From: Bacillota bacterium
GTDB lineage: Bacteria > Bacillota > Dethiobacteria > DTU022 > UBA8154
Assembly (NCBI GenBank): GCA_030656575.1
Contig: JAUSPO010000030.1
Location: 1 to 61,297, forward strand
Direction: 5' to 3'
DNA: 61,297 nucleotides
Position numbers and translations under genes: made by a program. Position 1 is the stretch's first letter. The number at the start of each line of letters is the position of its first letter. Of the stretch, positions 22,902 to 33,059 are shown in pieces. Below the pieces are notes generated by a model. That model was given only the letters and a program-made list of their open reading frames with translations, ran no database searches and had not been told where the DNA came from.

Positions 22902-23888
22902 ATGATACAATCTAAAAGACGAAAAAAGAACCTTTGGTTACGCTCGCCTATTACCGTAGTTTTACTGGTAGTGTTTGCAGCAGTGGGTTATTTAGCCTTT
23001 TTCCCAATGCAGGCTGAAGCATCAGGCAGATCAGCAGATACATTTAAGCCTGTATATTTTAACCAGCTGGAAAAATACAGCTTCGAGGTGGAGCTGCATA
23101 GGAAAGAAGAAGAAAGGCGCAGTAGAGAAGAAGCCCTGGAAAAAGCTGTCGTACGCCATATTGTAATGAGGGGAGAAACTCTAAGCAGGATTGCTGCTTT
23201 ATATGAAACGGATATTTCATCTCTGATTTCCTGGAACAGGTTAAGCAACCCAAACCTGATCCATCCCGGTCAGGCTCTTGATATTCTTACTATTAAAGGT
23301 GCTTTGTACAAGGTCCGAAACGGCGATACTCTGGAAGCTATCGCCCGTGTTTATCAAGTTGAACCCCAGTTAATATCTTCTTTCAACCTCTTGGAAGAGT
23401 CTTCGCAGCTAACCTCCGGGAAGAATCTTGTTATCCCCGGAGGGGTTGTTCCTCAGCCAGTGCGACGGACAGTTCAGCCTACGCTATTGGCATCCCGTGG
23501 AGATGGGGAATATCCCCAACCACCTGTTATGCAATGGCCTTTAAAAGGAAAAATAACTTCACTATTTGGTTGGCGCGGCAGTTCTTTTCATTATGGTTTG
23601 GACATTGCTGCTCCTCGTGGAAGGCAGGTTAACGCTGCAGCGTCAGGTGTTGTGGATTATGCCGCTTATAAAGGTGGTTATGGGTTAGTGCTGATTATTA
23701 ATCACGGCAGCGGATGGTCTACTCTTTATGCTCATAATTCCAGTCTGCTGGCACAAGTAGGCCAAAATGTAGCTTCCGGACAGCCTATTTCTTTGGTTGG
23801 CGCAACGGGGGATGCTACCGGCGACCATCTTCACTTGGAGATTATTTATTATAACAGAAGGCTTGACCCCCTTCCTTATTTACCTTAG
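22902..23888 (+). CDS. LysM-LysM-M23 peptidoglycan endopeptidase
   Basis: TM anchor, two LysM repeats, HYGLD / YAH / HLH motifs. Confidence 0.92.
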   Translation: MIQSKRRKKNLWLRSPITVVLLVVFAAVGYLAFFPMQAEASGRSADTFKPVYFNQLEKYSFEVELHRKEEERRSREEALEKAVVRHIVMRGETLSRIAALYETDISSLISWNRLSNPNLIHPGQALDILTIKGALYKVRNGDTLEAIARVYQVEPQLISSFNLLEESSQLTSGKNLVIPGGVVPQPVRRTVQPTLLASRGDGEYPQPPVMQWPLKGKITSLFGWRGSSFHYGLDIAAPRGRQVNAAASGVVDYAAYKGGYGLVLIINHGSGWSTLYAHNSSLLAQVGQNVASGQPISLVGATGDATGDHLHLEIIYYNRRLDPLPYLP

Positions 23889-24031
23889 TATCTTTCCGGA
23901 GGGACGATCGGGAAAAAGAGGCTTTTGGGTGTTGCCAAAAGTCCCTTTTTTGTGTTATTATATATTTCGTCTGTAAAAAATTTATTATTGTCAAATAGAA
24001 ATGTTCATTTTTTTGAAAAGAGGTGATTTTA

Positions 24032-24232
24032 GTGAAAAAGGAACTGCACCCTCAATATGAAAAAACTACGATTAGCTGTGCTTGTGGTTCAACGTACGAA
24101 GTGGGTTCCACGAAAAAGGAGATGAAAGTGGAGATCTGTTCCAACTGCCATCCTTTTTTTACTGGTAAGCAAAAATTTGTTGATACCGGAGGCCGTGTAG
24201 AGCGGTTTAAACGTAAATACGGCAGGGACTAA
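24032..24232 (+). CDS. rpmE: 50S ribosomal protein L31 (Zn-binding type)
   Basis: CACG...[13 protein letters not shown]...GGRVERF. Confidence 0.97.
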   Translation: MKKELHPQYEKTTISCACGSTYEVGSTKKEMKVEICSNCHPFFTGKQKFVDTGGRVERFKRKYGRD

Positions 24233-24258
24233 AAAGTATAGCTTAAGAATTTTGCCGG

Positions 24259-24288
24259 CAGGGCTCATTAATGAAGCCCTGTTTTTTT
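24259..24288 (+). terminator. Intrinsic terminator after rpmE
   Basis: CAGGGCT...AGCCCTG followed by T7. Confidence 0.75.
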
Positions 24289-24372
24289 AAAGAATAACTA
24301 CCTCAGCTAACCGCTGCCAGTTAGTTCTATCCTGAGCAGCATAAAAAACAGGTTGGTTTGTAGAAAGCAGGT

Positions 24373-25257
24373 GTGAAAATGACGGAAGAGAAGCACAATA
24401 TTGGTGGGCAGGCCGTGATTGAGGGAGTCATGATGCGCAATAAGTCCCAGGTGGCTATTGCCGTCAGGCAGGGTGAAGGCGGAATATCCGTACAGAAAAA
24501 AACCTACAACTCTTTCGGCGAGCGGTATTCATTTTTAAAATGGCCTCTTTTTAGGGGGATTGTGGCTTTTTTTGACGCCTTAATACTAGGCTTTCAGTCA
24601 CTTTCAATATCTGCTGAGCAGGCACTCGGTGAAGAGGAAGAAGAACTAAAGGGATGGGAATTACCTTTGACAATGGTTATCTCCCTGGCGGCAGGTGTAG
24701 GTCTTTTTATTCTACTGCCCACTGTTTTAATGAAATATTTAAGACAGGGAGTGGAAATGCCGCTCTTATTAAACCTTGGAGAGGGCGGCCTGCGTCTTCT
24801 CATTTTCCTGATCTATATCTTTTTGATCTCCCGATGGCAGGAAGTGGGGCGTGTTTTCCAGTATCACGGTGCTGAACATAAGGCTATTGCCTGCTTTGAA
24901 GCAGGGCAGGAGCTTACCGTGGAAAATGCGCGTAATTTCAGTCCTTTACACCGTCGCTGTGGGACCAGTTTTTTGCTGGTAGTGATGGTTACCAGTATTT
25001 TATTGTTTTCTTTTTTTGGATGGCCCGTCTTGTGGCAGAGAATTCTAATCCGGCTTTTACTTTTACCTCTGGTCGCAGGTATATCTTATGAAGCTATCAA
25101 ACTGGCCGGTAAAAAAGATAATATATTTACAAGGCTAATTTCTCAACCGGGTCTTTGGTTACAGCATTTAACAACTAAAAAACCTGGTGATGAGCAGATA
25201 GAAGTGGCAATTTCCGCCCTACAGGCAGTCTTGCCGGAAGGGTCATCGGAAATCTAA
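24373..25257 (+). CDS. DUF1385 membrane protein
   Basis: GGQAVIEGVMM, YHGAEHK, HRRCGTSF. Confidence 0.92.
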   Translation: MKMTEEKHNIGGQAVIEGVMMRNKSQVAIAVRQGEGGISVQKKTYNSFGERYSFLKWPLFRGIVAFFDALILGFQSLSISAEQALGEEEEELKGWELPLTMVISLAAGVGLFILLPTVLMKYLRQGVEMPLLLNLGEGGLRLLIFLIYIFLISRWQEVGRVFQYHGAEHKAIACFEAGQELTVENARNFSPLHRRCGTSFLLVVMVTSILLFSFFGWPVLWQRILIRLLLLPLVAGISYEAIKLAGKKDNIFTRLISQPGLWLQHLTTKKPGDEQIEVAISALQAVLPEGSSEI

Positions 25258-25335
25258 TGGAAGTGTCGAGGGATGAGTCGCTTACAGGATGATGAAAAGC
25301 TTTAAATAAATGGTATCAGAAAGATACGGAGGTAA

Positions 25336-26418
25336 TTGGAAGTCATGTGGAAAAGATTACACATTTTGGAAGAACATTTTAATTTCCTGGAGGAAAAACT
25401 CAGCGATCCAGAGATAATTAAAGAACAGCAGAAATGGCAGCAGTATGCCCGCGAACACGCTGATCTTATGGAGACGATAGAGAGTTATCGCCGCTTACAA
25501 AGGGTAAAAGATGAACTGCGGGAAGCAAAGGAGATGCTTGGAGCGAAAGAAAACCTGGATGAAGATATGGTTCAATACCTAAAGGACGAAATCTCCAGGC
25601 TTAGCGGTGAGGAAGAAAGACTCGAAGAACATATGAAGGTACTTTTACTGCCCAAGGATCCTAACGATGAAAAGGATGTTATTATTGAACTGCGTGCGGG
25701 GACAGGTGGCGAAGAAGCCGCTTTATTTGCTGCGGTTTTGCTGCGAATGTATCTGCGTTTTGCCGAAAAGAAACAGTGGACTACAGAAATTCTAAGCTCT
25801 CATCCTACGGATATTGGTGGTTTTAAAGAAATATCTTTCTCTATCAAAGGCCGGGGCGCTTACAGCCTTTTAAAATTTGAAAGTGGGGTTCACCGGGTAC
25901 AGAGGATCCCAACTACAGAATCAGGTGGCCGCATTCATACTTCAGCAGCTACTGTGGCAGTTTTGCCCGAAGTAGATGATGTGGAACTGAAGATTAATCC
26001 ACAGGAGTTAAGAATAGATACTTTTTGCTCAACAGGACCTGGAGGGCAGAGTGTAAATACGACCCAGTCAGCTGTGCGTATCACACACCTTCCCACTAAT
26101 ACAATTGTTTCCTGTCAGGATGAAAAATCCCAGCTAAAGAATCGGGATAAGGCAATGAGGGTCCTCAGAGCCCGCATCCTGGATAAAATGATTGATGATC
26201 AGCAGAAAGAGCAGGCCGAGGAAAGAAAAAGCCAGGTTGGTTCAGGTGATCGCAGTGAGCGAATCCGTACTTATAATTTTCCCCAAAACAGGATCACGGA
26301 TCACCGTATTGGTTTAACACTCCACAAATTAGACCAGGTTCTTGAAGGAGAACTGGAACCTATTTTTGAAGCTTTGATCTCTTATGATCGGACTGAGCAG
26401 CTTAAACAAGCCAGGTAA
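25336..26418 (+). CDS. prfA: Peptide chain release factor 1
   Basis: [12 protein letters not shown] (PxT motif), GPGGQ, RTYNFPQ. Confidence 0.97.
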   Translation: MEVMWKRLHILEEHFNFLEEKLSDPEIIKEQQKWQQYAREHADLMETIESYRRLQRVKDELREAKEMLGAKENLDEDMVQYLKDEISRLSGEEERLEEHMKVLLLPKDPNDEKDVIIELRAGTGGEEAALFAAVLLRMYLRFAEKKQWTTEILSSHPTDIGGFKEISFSIKGRGAYSLLKFESGVHRVQRIPTTESGGRIHTSAATVAVLPEVDDVELKINPQELRIDTFCSTGPGGQSVNTTQSAVRITHLPTNTIVSCQDEKSQLKNRDKAMRVLRARILDKMIDDQQKEQAEERKSQVGSGDRSERIRTYNFPQNRITDHRIGLTLHKLDQVLEGELEPIFEALISYDRTEQLKQAR

Positions 26419-26443
26419 ATGCCAGAAAAAGGGGGTTTTTGAA

Positions 26444-27316
26444 ATGATAAGTATCAAACAGGCCTTAATTGAGGCCTCTTCTTTTTTGCGCGAAAATGGC
26501 TTATCTTCCCCCCGGGATGAAGCAGAACTGCTGTTGGCTTTTCTCTTAAAAAAAGGAAGGCTTTATCTATATGCTCATGGAGAAAATGAATTACCTCTTA
26601 ATTTGAGGGAAGAATACAGGAAAATGCTTTTCCGTCGCAGTGAAGGGGAGCCCTTTGCTTATCTCACTGGTAAAAAAGAGTTTATGGGGCTTTCTTTTCT
26701 CGTGGAAGAAGGGGTGCTCGTCCCACGTCCTGAAACGGAGCATCTCGTAGAAACAGCTTTGGAATGGATTAGTTTATTGTTTCCACAGTCCCGGGACGGA
26801 AAGACGCTGCGCATTCTGGACCTGGGTACAGGCTGCGGCAATCTTGCTGTTTCCCTGGCGTATCATCTTCCCAATGCTTTTTTGGCAGGGGTTGATATTT
26901 CTGCAAAAGCTCTGCAGCTGGCCCTTATAAATGCCAGGAGAATGGATGTTGAAGAAAGGGTTGCCTATTATTGTGGAGATTTCTGGAATGCCCTGCCAGA
27001 AGATGATTATCGGTTTGATGTAGTGGTTTCAAATCCCCCTTATATTCCCCGCTTAGAGATCCCTTTGCTATCTTCAGAAGTGCAAAAAGAGCCCCGTCAG
27101 GCCTTAGATGGTGGTGTCGACGGCCTGGATGCTTACAGGGAGATTTTCAGGGGCATCAAAAAACACCTGCGCTCCCCTGGTTTTTTGGGATTGGAAGTGG
27201 GTGAAGGCCAGGCTCAAAATATTGTTGCCATGGGATGCAGGTTAGGCTTTGTAAATAAGGTTGAAATTGTCAGAGATTATGCCGGAATAGAAAGAATTGT
27301 AATGTTCCAGATCTGA
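26444..27316 (+). CDS. prmC: Release factor glutamine methyltransferase
   Basis: PRPETE, DLGTGCG, SNPPY; follows prfA. Confidence 0.95.
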   Translation: MISIKQALIEASSFLRENGLSSPRDEAELLLAFLLKKGRLYLYAHGENELPLNLREEYRKMLFRRSEGEPFAYLTGKKEFMGLSFLVEEGVLVPRPETEHLVETALEWISLLFPQSRDGKTLRILDLGTGCGNLAVSLAYHLPNAFLAGVDISAKALQLALINARRMDVEERVAYYCGDFWNALPEDDYRFDVVVSNPPYIPRLEIPLLSSEVQKEPRQALDGGVDGLDAYREIFRGIKKHLRSPGFLGLEVGEGQAQNIVAMGCRLGFVNKVEIVRDYAGIERIVMFQI

Positions 27317-27323
27317 TCTTTTG

Positions 27324-27743
27324 TCAGTCCAGGTTTTTACCTGTAGAGGTGATTGTTAGCCTGCCGTGCTTAACACCTTTGACACTGATAAGGCGTTCTG
27401 CCAACTGCCGGACATCCTTGGCTATTCCTTTCACAGACAGGACTTCAAGGCAGTTGTAGTGGTCCAGATGCATATGCATTGTTGAAAGAATCAGTTCATA
27501 AAAATCATGTTGTAATTCCACAAGCAGGTCACTTAAGCCCCTAACATGGTGGTCGTAGATAAGCGTTACAGTTCCGGCTACCTCTTCCTTTTCATTCTCC
27601 CATTCAACCTCCACAAGCTGGTTTCGGATTAAATCACGGATTGCTTCTGAGCGGTTATTATAACCTTTGTTTACAATCAAGCTGTCAAACTTGTTTAGAA
27701 GGTCCTCATTAATTGATACTCCAAAACGAACAAGATCCGCCAT
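27324..27743 (-). CDS. nikR: Nickel-responsive regulator NikR
   Basis: RFGVS ribbon-helix-helix, NRSEAIRDLIR, YDHH, HMHLDHYNCLE. Confidence 0.95.
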   Translation of the reverse strand: MADLVRFGVSINEDLLNKFDSLIVNKGYNNRSEAIRDLIRNQLVEVEWENEKEEVAGTVTLIYDHHVRGLSDLLVELQHDFYELILSTMHMHLDHYNCLEVLSVKGIAKDVRQLAERLISVKGVKHGRLTITSTGKNLD

Positions 27744-27767
27744 GCCGCGCCTCCTCCTGATTAGTTA

Positions 27768-27875
27768 TTGGATGTTAGATGTTGGAGGTTAGATTTTTGG
27801 TTAGAGACGGCTGCCGCTGTCACTTTTTTTTAGCCTTTACTTCTAACCTCAAACTTCAAATTTCCAACTTCCAGA
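27768..27875. repeat. Oppositely oriented degenerate heptamer tracts (TTRGARG and complement)
   Basis: TTGGATG TTAGATG TTGGAGG TTAGATT ... TTCTAAC CTCAAAC TTCAAAT TTCCAAC. Confidence 0.6.
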
Positions 27876-28024
27876 CTGTATTATATCATAGTCCTGAATT
27901 ATTTAACCATAATAATGTCTAAAAAATGGAAATATAGCTCATACTACTTAATGAGGAACAAATAATACTAATTATGCTGTAGTATGGCGAACTTATCTTA
28001 TTATTTTTTCGGGAGGAAGGACTT

Positions 28025-28873
28025 ATGTATAATTACAAAAAAGTTGTGATCAGCGGGGTAAATACTTACAATTTACCCACAATTAGCTGGAAGGAAATGA
28101 AAAGTCTTTTTATACGGTTGGCTGATGGAGAGAAGGCAGTAAGAGAAGAGCTTATAAATTGCAATTTGAAACTTGTTCTAAGTGTCCTGAAAGGCTTCAC
28201 TAATCGTGGGGAAAACATGGACGACCTCTTCCAGATCGGGTGTATAGGATTAATGAAGGCAATTGATAATTTTAAACTGGAACACAGTGTTAATTTTTCT
28301 ACATATGCCGTTCCTATGATCCTTGGAGAAGTTAAACGCTACCTGAGGGATAACAATTACGTGCATATGAGTCGGTCTTTAAAAACAACTGCACAGAAAA
28401 TTCAGAGCGTAAGGGATAATCTGCTTCAGAAAAATCAAAAAGAGCCAACCTTAACGGAACTTGCTTATGAGATGGGTATAACACCAGAAGAAATAGTTCT
28501 CGCGTATAATGCCAATATGGAGCCCTTATCTTTTTTTGAGCCGGTTTTTAGTGACAGCACGGATCCTCTGCATATTATTGACCTTTTAAAAGATGTGGAT
28601 AACGATGATGAACGCTGGCTGGAAACAATAGCTTTGAAGGAGGCTCTGGAAAAGCTAAGTCCCCGGGAAAGATACATTCTCATCGCCCGCTTCTTCCAGG
28701 GTAAGACCCAAATGGAAGTAGCCCAAAAAGTTGGGATTTCCCAGGCCCAGATATCCAGAATTGAAAAATCCGCTTTGCGTTTTGTTCGCAGTTATTACAA
28801 TGAGCAGGGGAGCAGGGAAGAGCAGAGAGAGAGCCATACCTCCGCAGGCGGGGAGGCATCAAAAAGAGGATGA
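28025..28873 (+). CDS. SigG-like sporulation RNA polymerase sigma factor
   Basis: KVVISGVNT..LP, DDLFQIGCIGLMKAIDNF, YLRDNN, GKTQMEVA..GISQAQISR. Confidence 0.88.
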   Translation: MYNYKKVVISGVNTYNLPTISWKEMKSLFIRLADGEKAVREELINCNLKLVLSVLKGFTNRGENMDDLFQIGCIGLMKAIDNFKLEHSVNFSTYAVPMILGEVKRYLRDNNYVHMSRSLKTTAQKIQSVRDNLLQKNQKEPTLTELAYEMGITPEEIVLAYNANMEPLSFFEPVFSDSTDPLHIIDLLKDVDNDDERWLETIALKEALEKLSPRERYILIARFFQGKTQMEVAQKVGISQAQISRIEKSALRFVRSYYNEQGSREEQRESHTSAGGEASKRG

Positions 28874-29613
28874 AATTAATAAGGTTATTATTTTCGAATA
28901 TAATAAGGTACTTTTCTGCGCATTTTTCAAAGGTAATATATATTTTAGCACTTTTTGTTTTGGTTTCAGGTGTAACAATTTTTTGTATGGAAAGGATTCA
29001 TCCGACGGGTGAAGAACCATCTCAACAGGAAGATTTTGTATACGCTGAAACCGGTGATATTATTCGTTTCCACGTGAAGGCTAACAGTAATAGTCCCGGG
29101 GATCAGGGAATTAAAAATTATCTGGCTGAGAAAATAATACGTCTCTACGAACCCGTATGGAGTCAGTGTGAGAGTAGTGAGGAACTTCGCCTTTTGCTGT
29201 CAGAAAATGAAGAGGCCATGGAGAATACTGCCCGTGAAATTTTAGCGGAGAAAGGTTTTACTTATGATGTGAATGTTTCTTTGGAAAAGGGTCTTTTCCC
29301 GGCAAGATTTTATGCAGGGGAATTCTACCCGCCTGGTGAGTATGAAGCGCTTTACATGGTAATTGGAGAGGGTACTGGAGAAAACTGGTGGTGTGTTCTT
29401 TTTCCTCCTTTATGTTTTGCTGTTGTTCCCAGTCCTTCTCTAAGCATGGGAAATGCTGATCATGAACAGGCAGGTCAGAAGGCGGAACTCAGCCTTGCTG
29501 AGTCCGGAAAAAAGGATGATTTTGACAATAAAGTTGGCAAAAAAAATAGTGGAAATGAAAAAATAAAAATCCGTTTTTGGGTGATCGAACTATTCCAAAA
29601 ATTGCGGATTTAA
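28870..29613 (+). CDS. spoIIR: Stage II sporulation protein R
   Basis: IRFHVKANSNS..DQ, FPARFY, GEGTGENWWCVLFPPLCF. Confidence 0.95.
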   Translation: MKLIRLLFSNIIRYFSAHFSKVIYILALFVLVSGVTIFCMERIHPTGEEPSQQEDFVYAETGDIIRFHVKANSNSPGDQGIKNYLAEKIIRLYEPVWSQCESSEELRLLLSENEEAMENTAREILAEKGFTYDVNVSLEKGLFPARFYAGEFYPPGEYEALYMVIGEGTGENWWCVLFPPLCFAVVPSPSLSMGNADHEQAGQKAELSLAESGKKDDFDNKVGKKNSGNEKIKIRFWVIELFQKLRI

Positions 29614-29716
29614 TTATTTTACAGATTCTTGGTTTTTAAAAAAGGGGAAAGAAAAACGAATCGAGAATTCTACTAAGTAAAAGCAGAAAAATAAACAGTA
29701 ACAAAACCAGGAGGAT

Positions 29717-31330
29717 TTGCCCTATATGTATTGGCTTTTAGCTGCAGGTATGCTTGGCGGTCTCGGTTTGTTCCTTTTTGGGATCCAGATGATGGCTTCG
29801 GGGATGCAGAAAATTGCCGGAGAAAAGCTCAGGCGCATTCTCGAAGTCCTGACAGGTAAACCTATTATTGGGGTGTTTACCGGTATTCTTGTTACTATTC
29901 TCGTCCAGAGCAGCAGCACCACAACAGTCATGCTGGTAGGTTTTGTTAATGCCGGTTTGATGAACCTATCCCAGGCAGTGGGAGCGATCATGGGTGCCAA
30001 TATTGGGACCACTATTACCGCCCAGATCATCTCTTTTAAACTGGAGTATTTAGCGCTTCCTTTCGTAGGTATTGGAGGCCTTTTAAATTTTTTTGGCCGC
30101 CGAAGGGTATACCGTTATATGGGACAAACCATGCTGGGTTTTGGCCTTTTGTTTATGGGTATGGTTACCATGTCTGAGGCTATGTACCCTTTAAGGGAAA
30201 ATGCTACATTTTTAAACCTTTTGGTAATGTTCGGTCAACGGCCGCTGCTGGGTATCTTATTTTCCGCTCTTTTTACTGCGGTTATACAGAGCAGCAGCGG
30301 GGCAACAGGGATCATTATTGCCCTCAGCCTGCAGGGCCTGATTTCTGTCGAGTCGGCTATTCCCCTGATCCTGGGAACAAATATAGGAACCTGTGTTACG
30401 GCAATGCTTGCCAGTGTGGGAGCATCTATCTCGGCAAGGAAAGCAGCGGTTTCACATGTTCTCTTTAATGTTATCGGTGTGCTGCTTGCGCTTATTTTTT
30501 TGAGGCCATTTACGGCAATAATTCTTGAAACTGCTACCACGGTCGCCCGTCAAACAGCAAATGCTCATACTATTTTTAACGTACTAAATACAATTATTGT
30601 CTTTCCTTTCTTTAAATATTTTATTCGCCTCGTCAACTACATTATCCCCGGCGAAGATGTATCCGTGGATATAGGACCGAAATATTTGGACAAAAGAATG
30701 ATGAAAGCCCCTGCTGCTGCAATTAGGGCCAGTAAGCAGGAGCTTTTGAGAATGTCCAATATGGCCCGGGATATTGTGCAGGAGTCCATAGATGTTTTTT
30801 GCAATGGAAGCCGCAAAAAAATACCCCATATCATGCAGATGGAGGATCTTGTTGATGGGCTGGAAAAAGAAATAAACTTGTATTTACAGGAGCTCTCCCA
30901 GCATTCCCTTACACGGCAGCAGGCCACAGTAGTGGCCGGGATCATGAGTGCTGCAAACGATGTTGAGCGAATTGCCGACCATGGGTGTAATATTGCCTAT
31001 ATTTCTGAGATGGTCCTGGATGATAAGCTTCAGGTTACTGCAATGGCCAAGGATGAAGTCTACAGCCTCTTTAAAAAGGTGGATGAAATGATGGCAGGTG
31101 CTATTGAAGCGATGGCATCGGAGAATGTCCATCTCGCCAAAGAAGTTGTCCGGAAGGATGATATTGTAGATGAAATGGAAAGGACCTTAAGGAAAAGTCA
31201 CATTGAACGAGTGAATCGTAAAGAGTGTATTCCCGCATCCGGGGTTATATATCTGGATGTTTTGAGTAATCTGGAGAGGGTTGCTGATCATTGTGTCAAT
31301 TTAGGTAATATTGTAGCGGGTGATTTCTAG
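29717..31330 (+). CDS. Na+/phosphate cotransporter with PhoU-like C-terminus
   Basis: Two QSSS repeats, GANIGTT, C-terminal ERIADH/ERVADH. Confidence 0.93.
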   Translation: MPYMYWLLAAGMLGGLGLFLFGIQMMASGMQKIAGEKLRRILEVLTGKPIIGVFTGILVTILVQSSSTTTVMLVGFVNAGLMNLSQAVGAIMGANIGTTITAQIISFKLEYLALPFVGIGGLLNFFGRRRVYRYMGQTMLGFGLLFMGMVTMSEAMYPLRENATFLNLLVMFGQRPLLGILFSALFTAVIQSSSGATGIIIALSLQGLISVESAIPLILGTNIGTCVTAMLASVGASISARKAAVSHVLFNVIGVLLALIFLRPFTAIILETATTVARQTANAHTIFNVLNTIIVFPFFKYFIRLVNYIIPGEDVSVDIGPKYLDKRMMKAPAAAIRASKQELLRMSNMARDIVQESIDVFCNGSRKKIPHIMQMEDLVDGLEKEINLYLQELSQHSLTRQQATVVAGIMSAANDVERIADHGCNIAYISEMVLDDKLQVTAMAKDEVYSLFKKVDEMMAGAIEAMASENVHLAKEVVRKDDIVDEMERTLRKSHIERVNRKECIPASGVIYLDVLSNLERVADHCVNLGNIVAGDF

Positions 31331-31367
31331 AGATGAAGGCTGGAGTTCCCTCCAAGTATCTTATTGA

Positions 31368-31835
31368 ATGGTGATTATGGTGAAGAAAAAAATCAACGAA
31401 ATAGAAAATCAATTTAAGGAACATCGCCTCACTCCACAGAGAAGGTTAGTCCTTGAAATTTTCCTTGAAAACAGGGAAAGACACCTTAGTGCGGAGGAGG
31501 TCTATCACTTCAGCAGAAATAAAGGGAAAGATATAGGGCTTGCCACTATTTATCGTACTCTGGAACTCCTTGTACAGTTAGGACTTTTACGAAAAATGTA
31601 CTTTGGAGATGGCAGAAGTCGTTACGAGCTTGAAAAGGTTGACGTAAACGAACATCACCACCATCACCATCTTATCTGTTTGAACTGCGGTGAGATTTTA
31701 GAAGTTGAAGAAGATCTTCTTCACCAGCTGGAGGAGATTGTTGAAAAAAAACACCATTTTTTCATTGAGAACCATAACCTGCAGTTTTATGGGTATTGCA
31801 GCAGTTGTGGACGGGAGTATGAAGAAAAAAAATAG
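31368..31835 (+). CDS. Fur family transcriptional regulator
   Basis: LTPQR, HLSAEEVY, GLATIYRTL, HHHHHHLICLNCG, CSSC. Confidence 0.93.
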   Translation: MVIMVKKKINEIENQFKEHRLTPQRRLVLEIFLENRERHLSAEEVYHFSRNKGKDIGLATIYRTLELLVQLGLLRKMYFGDGRSRYELEKVDVNEHHHHHHLICLNCGEILEVEEDLLHQLEEIVEKKHHFFIENHNLQFYGYCSSCGREYEEKK

Positions 31836-31865
31836 GTAACTACTCAGATAAAAGATAAGTGAAGC

Positions 31866-32127
31866 ATGGGGACGGTTCGAGCGTCACCGTAGCGTAGCGA
31901 AGACTTGGGGACATTCATAGGGGACATTCCCCGCAGGGGTGTGTTCCCATACCACTTGAAAAATGGGGTGTGTCGCCTTACCATAGCTAGTGGGAAGACG
32001 ATGGAACCGTCCCCAAGCTTTGCGTCCCGAGCGATTAAGTAACCTATTGGCTGAGTAGTTACAAAAATAGAACACATTCCCTTATAGTTGGAAGCAGCAG
32101 AACCGTCCCCGTGCTTCCCCGTGCTTC
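31866..32127. repeat. Composite REP-like element (GGGGACGGTTC...GAACCGTCCCC enclosing GGGGACATTCC/GGTGTGT hairpins)
   Basis: Blocks near-identical to 57282-57437; sub-hairpins also at 50853-50902 and 53655-53748. Confidence 0.85.
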
Positions 32128-32179
32128 CGGATAAGGTTCGGAATATTCCGCATTATGGAGCAGGAAGGAGAAAAAAAAT

Positions 32180-32968
32180 ATGCTTTCCAGCAAAGAAAAA
32201 GAAAAACATCTGGAAGAAATTCTCGGAGGAATGGCTGGAATTCTAGTGGCATTTTCAGGAGGAGTTGACAGCACATACCTTCTTGCAAAAGCAAAAGAAA
32301 AGTCGAAGGGGAAAATAATGGCCGTTACGGCTATTTCCCCACTGCATCCTTTAAGGGAGATAGAGGAAGCAAAAGAAAGAGCGTATCAACTGGGAGTTGA
32401 ACATATCCTTCTGGAAAGCAAGGAACTGGAGAATGTCGAATTCCGGGACAATCCTCCTCATAGATGCTATCTTTGTCGTAAGATTCTCTATGCGCATTTT
32501 CGGGAGGTAGCCCGTGAAAACGATCTCTCATTTGTATTAAATGGAAGTAACAGGGACGATGGAGAAAAAGCACGGCCTGGTATGAGGGCTGCAGTTGAGC
32601 ATGATATTCGTTCTCCTTTACAGGAAGTGGAACTAAATAAAAAGGAAATTCGGGAGCTTTCCAAAGATGCCGGTCTTACTACCTGGGATAAACCGGCACT
32701 GCCCTGCCTGGTCACACGCTTTCAATATGGAGAACAACTTACACTTACAAAATTGGAGCAGGTGGAACGCGCAGAAGATTACTTACGCTCTATAGGTCTG
32801 GAAAAGCTGAGGGTTCGTTATCATGGAGAAATTGCCAGGCTGGAACTGGAGAGTTCTGCTTTTGAGGAAGTCGTTGCCAGACGAAAAGAAATTGCTATCG
32901 TTATGCAAAAACTGGGATTTACTTATGTTACAATTGATCTTTGTTCTGCTATGGAGCTTAAGGAGTAA
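32180..32968 (+). CDS. larE: ATP-dependent sulfur transferase LarE
   Basis: PP-loop AFSGGVDS, RCYLC, RPG, PCLVTRF, RVRYHG. Confidence 0.88.
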   Translation: MLSSKEKEKHLEEILGGMAGILVAFSGGVDSTYLLAKAKEKSKGKIMAVTAISPLHPLREIEEAKERAYQLGVEHILLESKELENVEFRDNPPHRCYLCRKILYAHFREVARENDLSFVLNGSNRDDGEKARPGMRAAVEHDIRSPLQEVELNKKEIRELSKDAGLTTWDKPALPCLVTRFQYGEQLTLTKLEQVERAEDYLRSIGLEKLRVRYHGEIARLELESSAFEEVVARRKEIAIVMQKLGFTYVTIDLCSAMELKE

Positions 32969-33059
32969 ATCCTGACCTACCCTGTATATTGCCTGCTATC
33001 TTTTTCTTACAACAGACGGTGGATGGGCAAACTTTACTAAATTTTTTTGCTGGTTTCTC

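Noticed and set aside
31844-32294. Short minus-strand ORFs between fur and larE
   Set aside because: They are translations of the REP-like element or antisense to larE.
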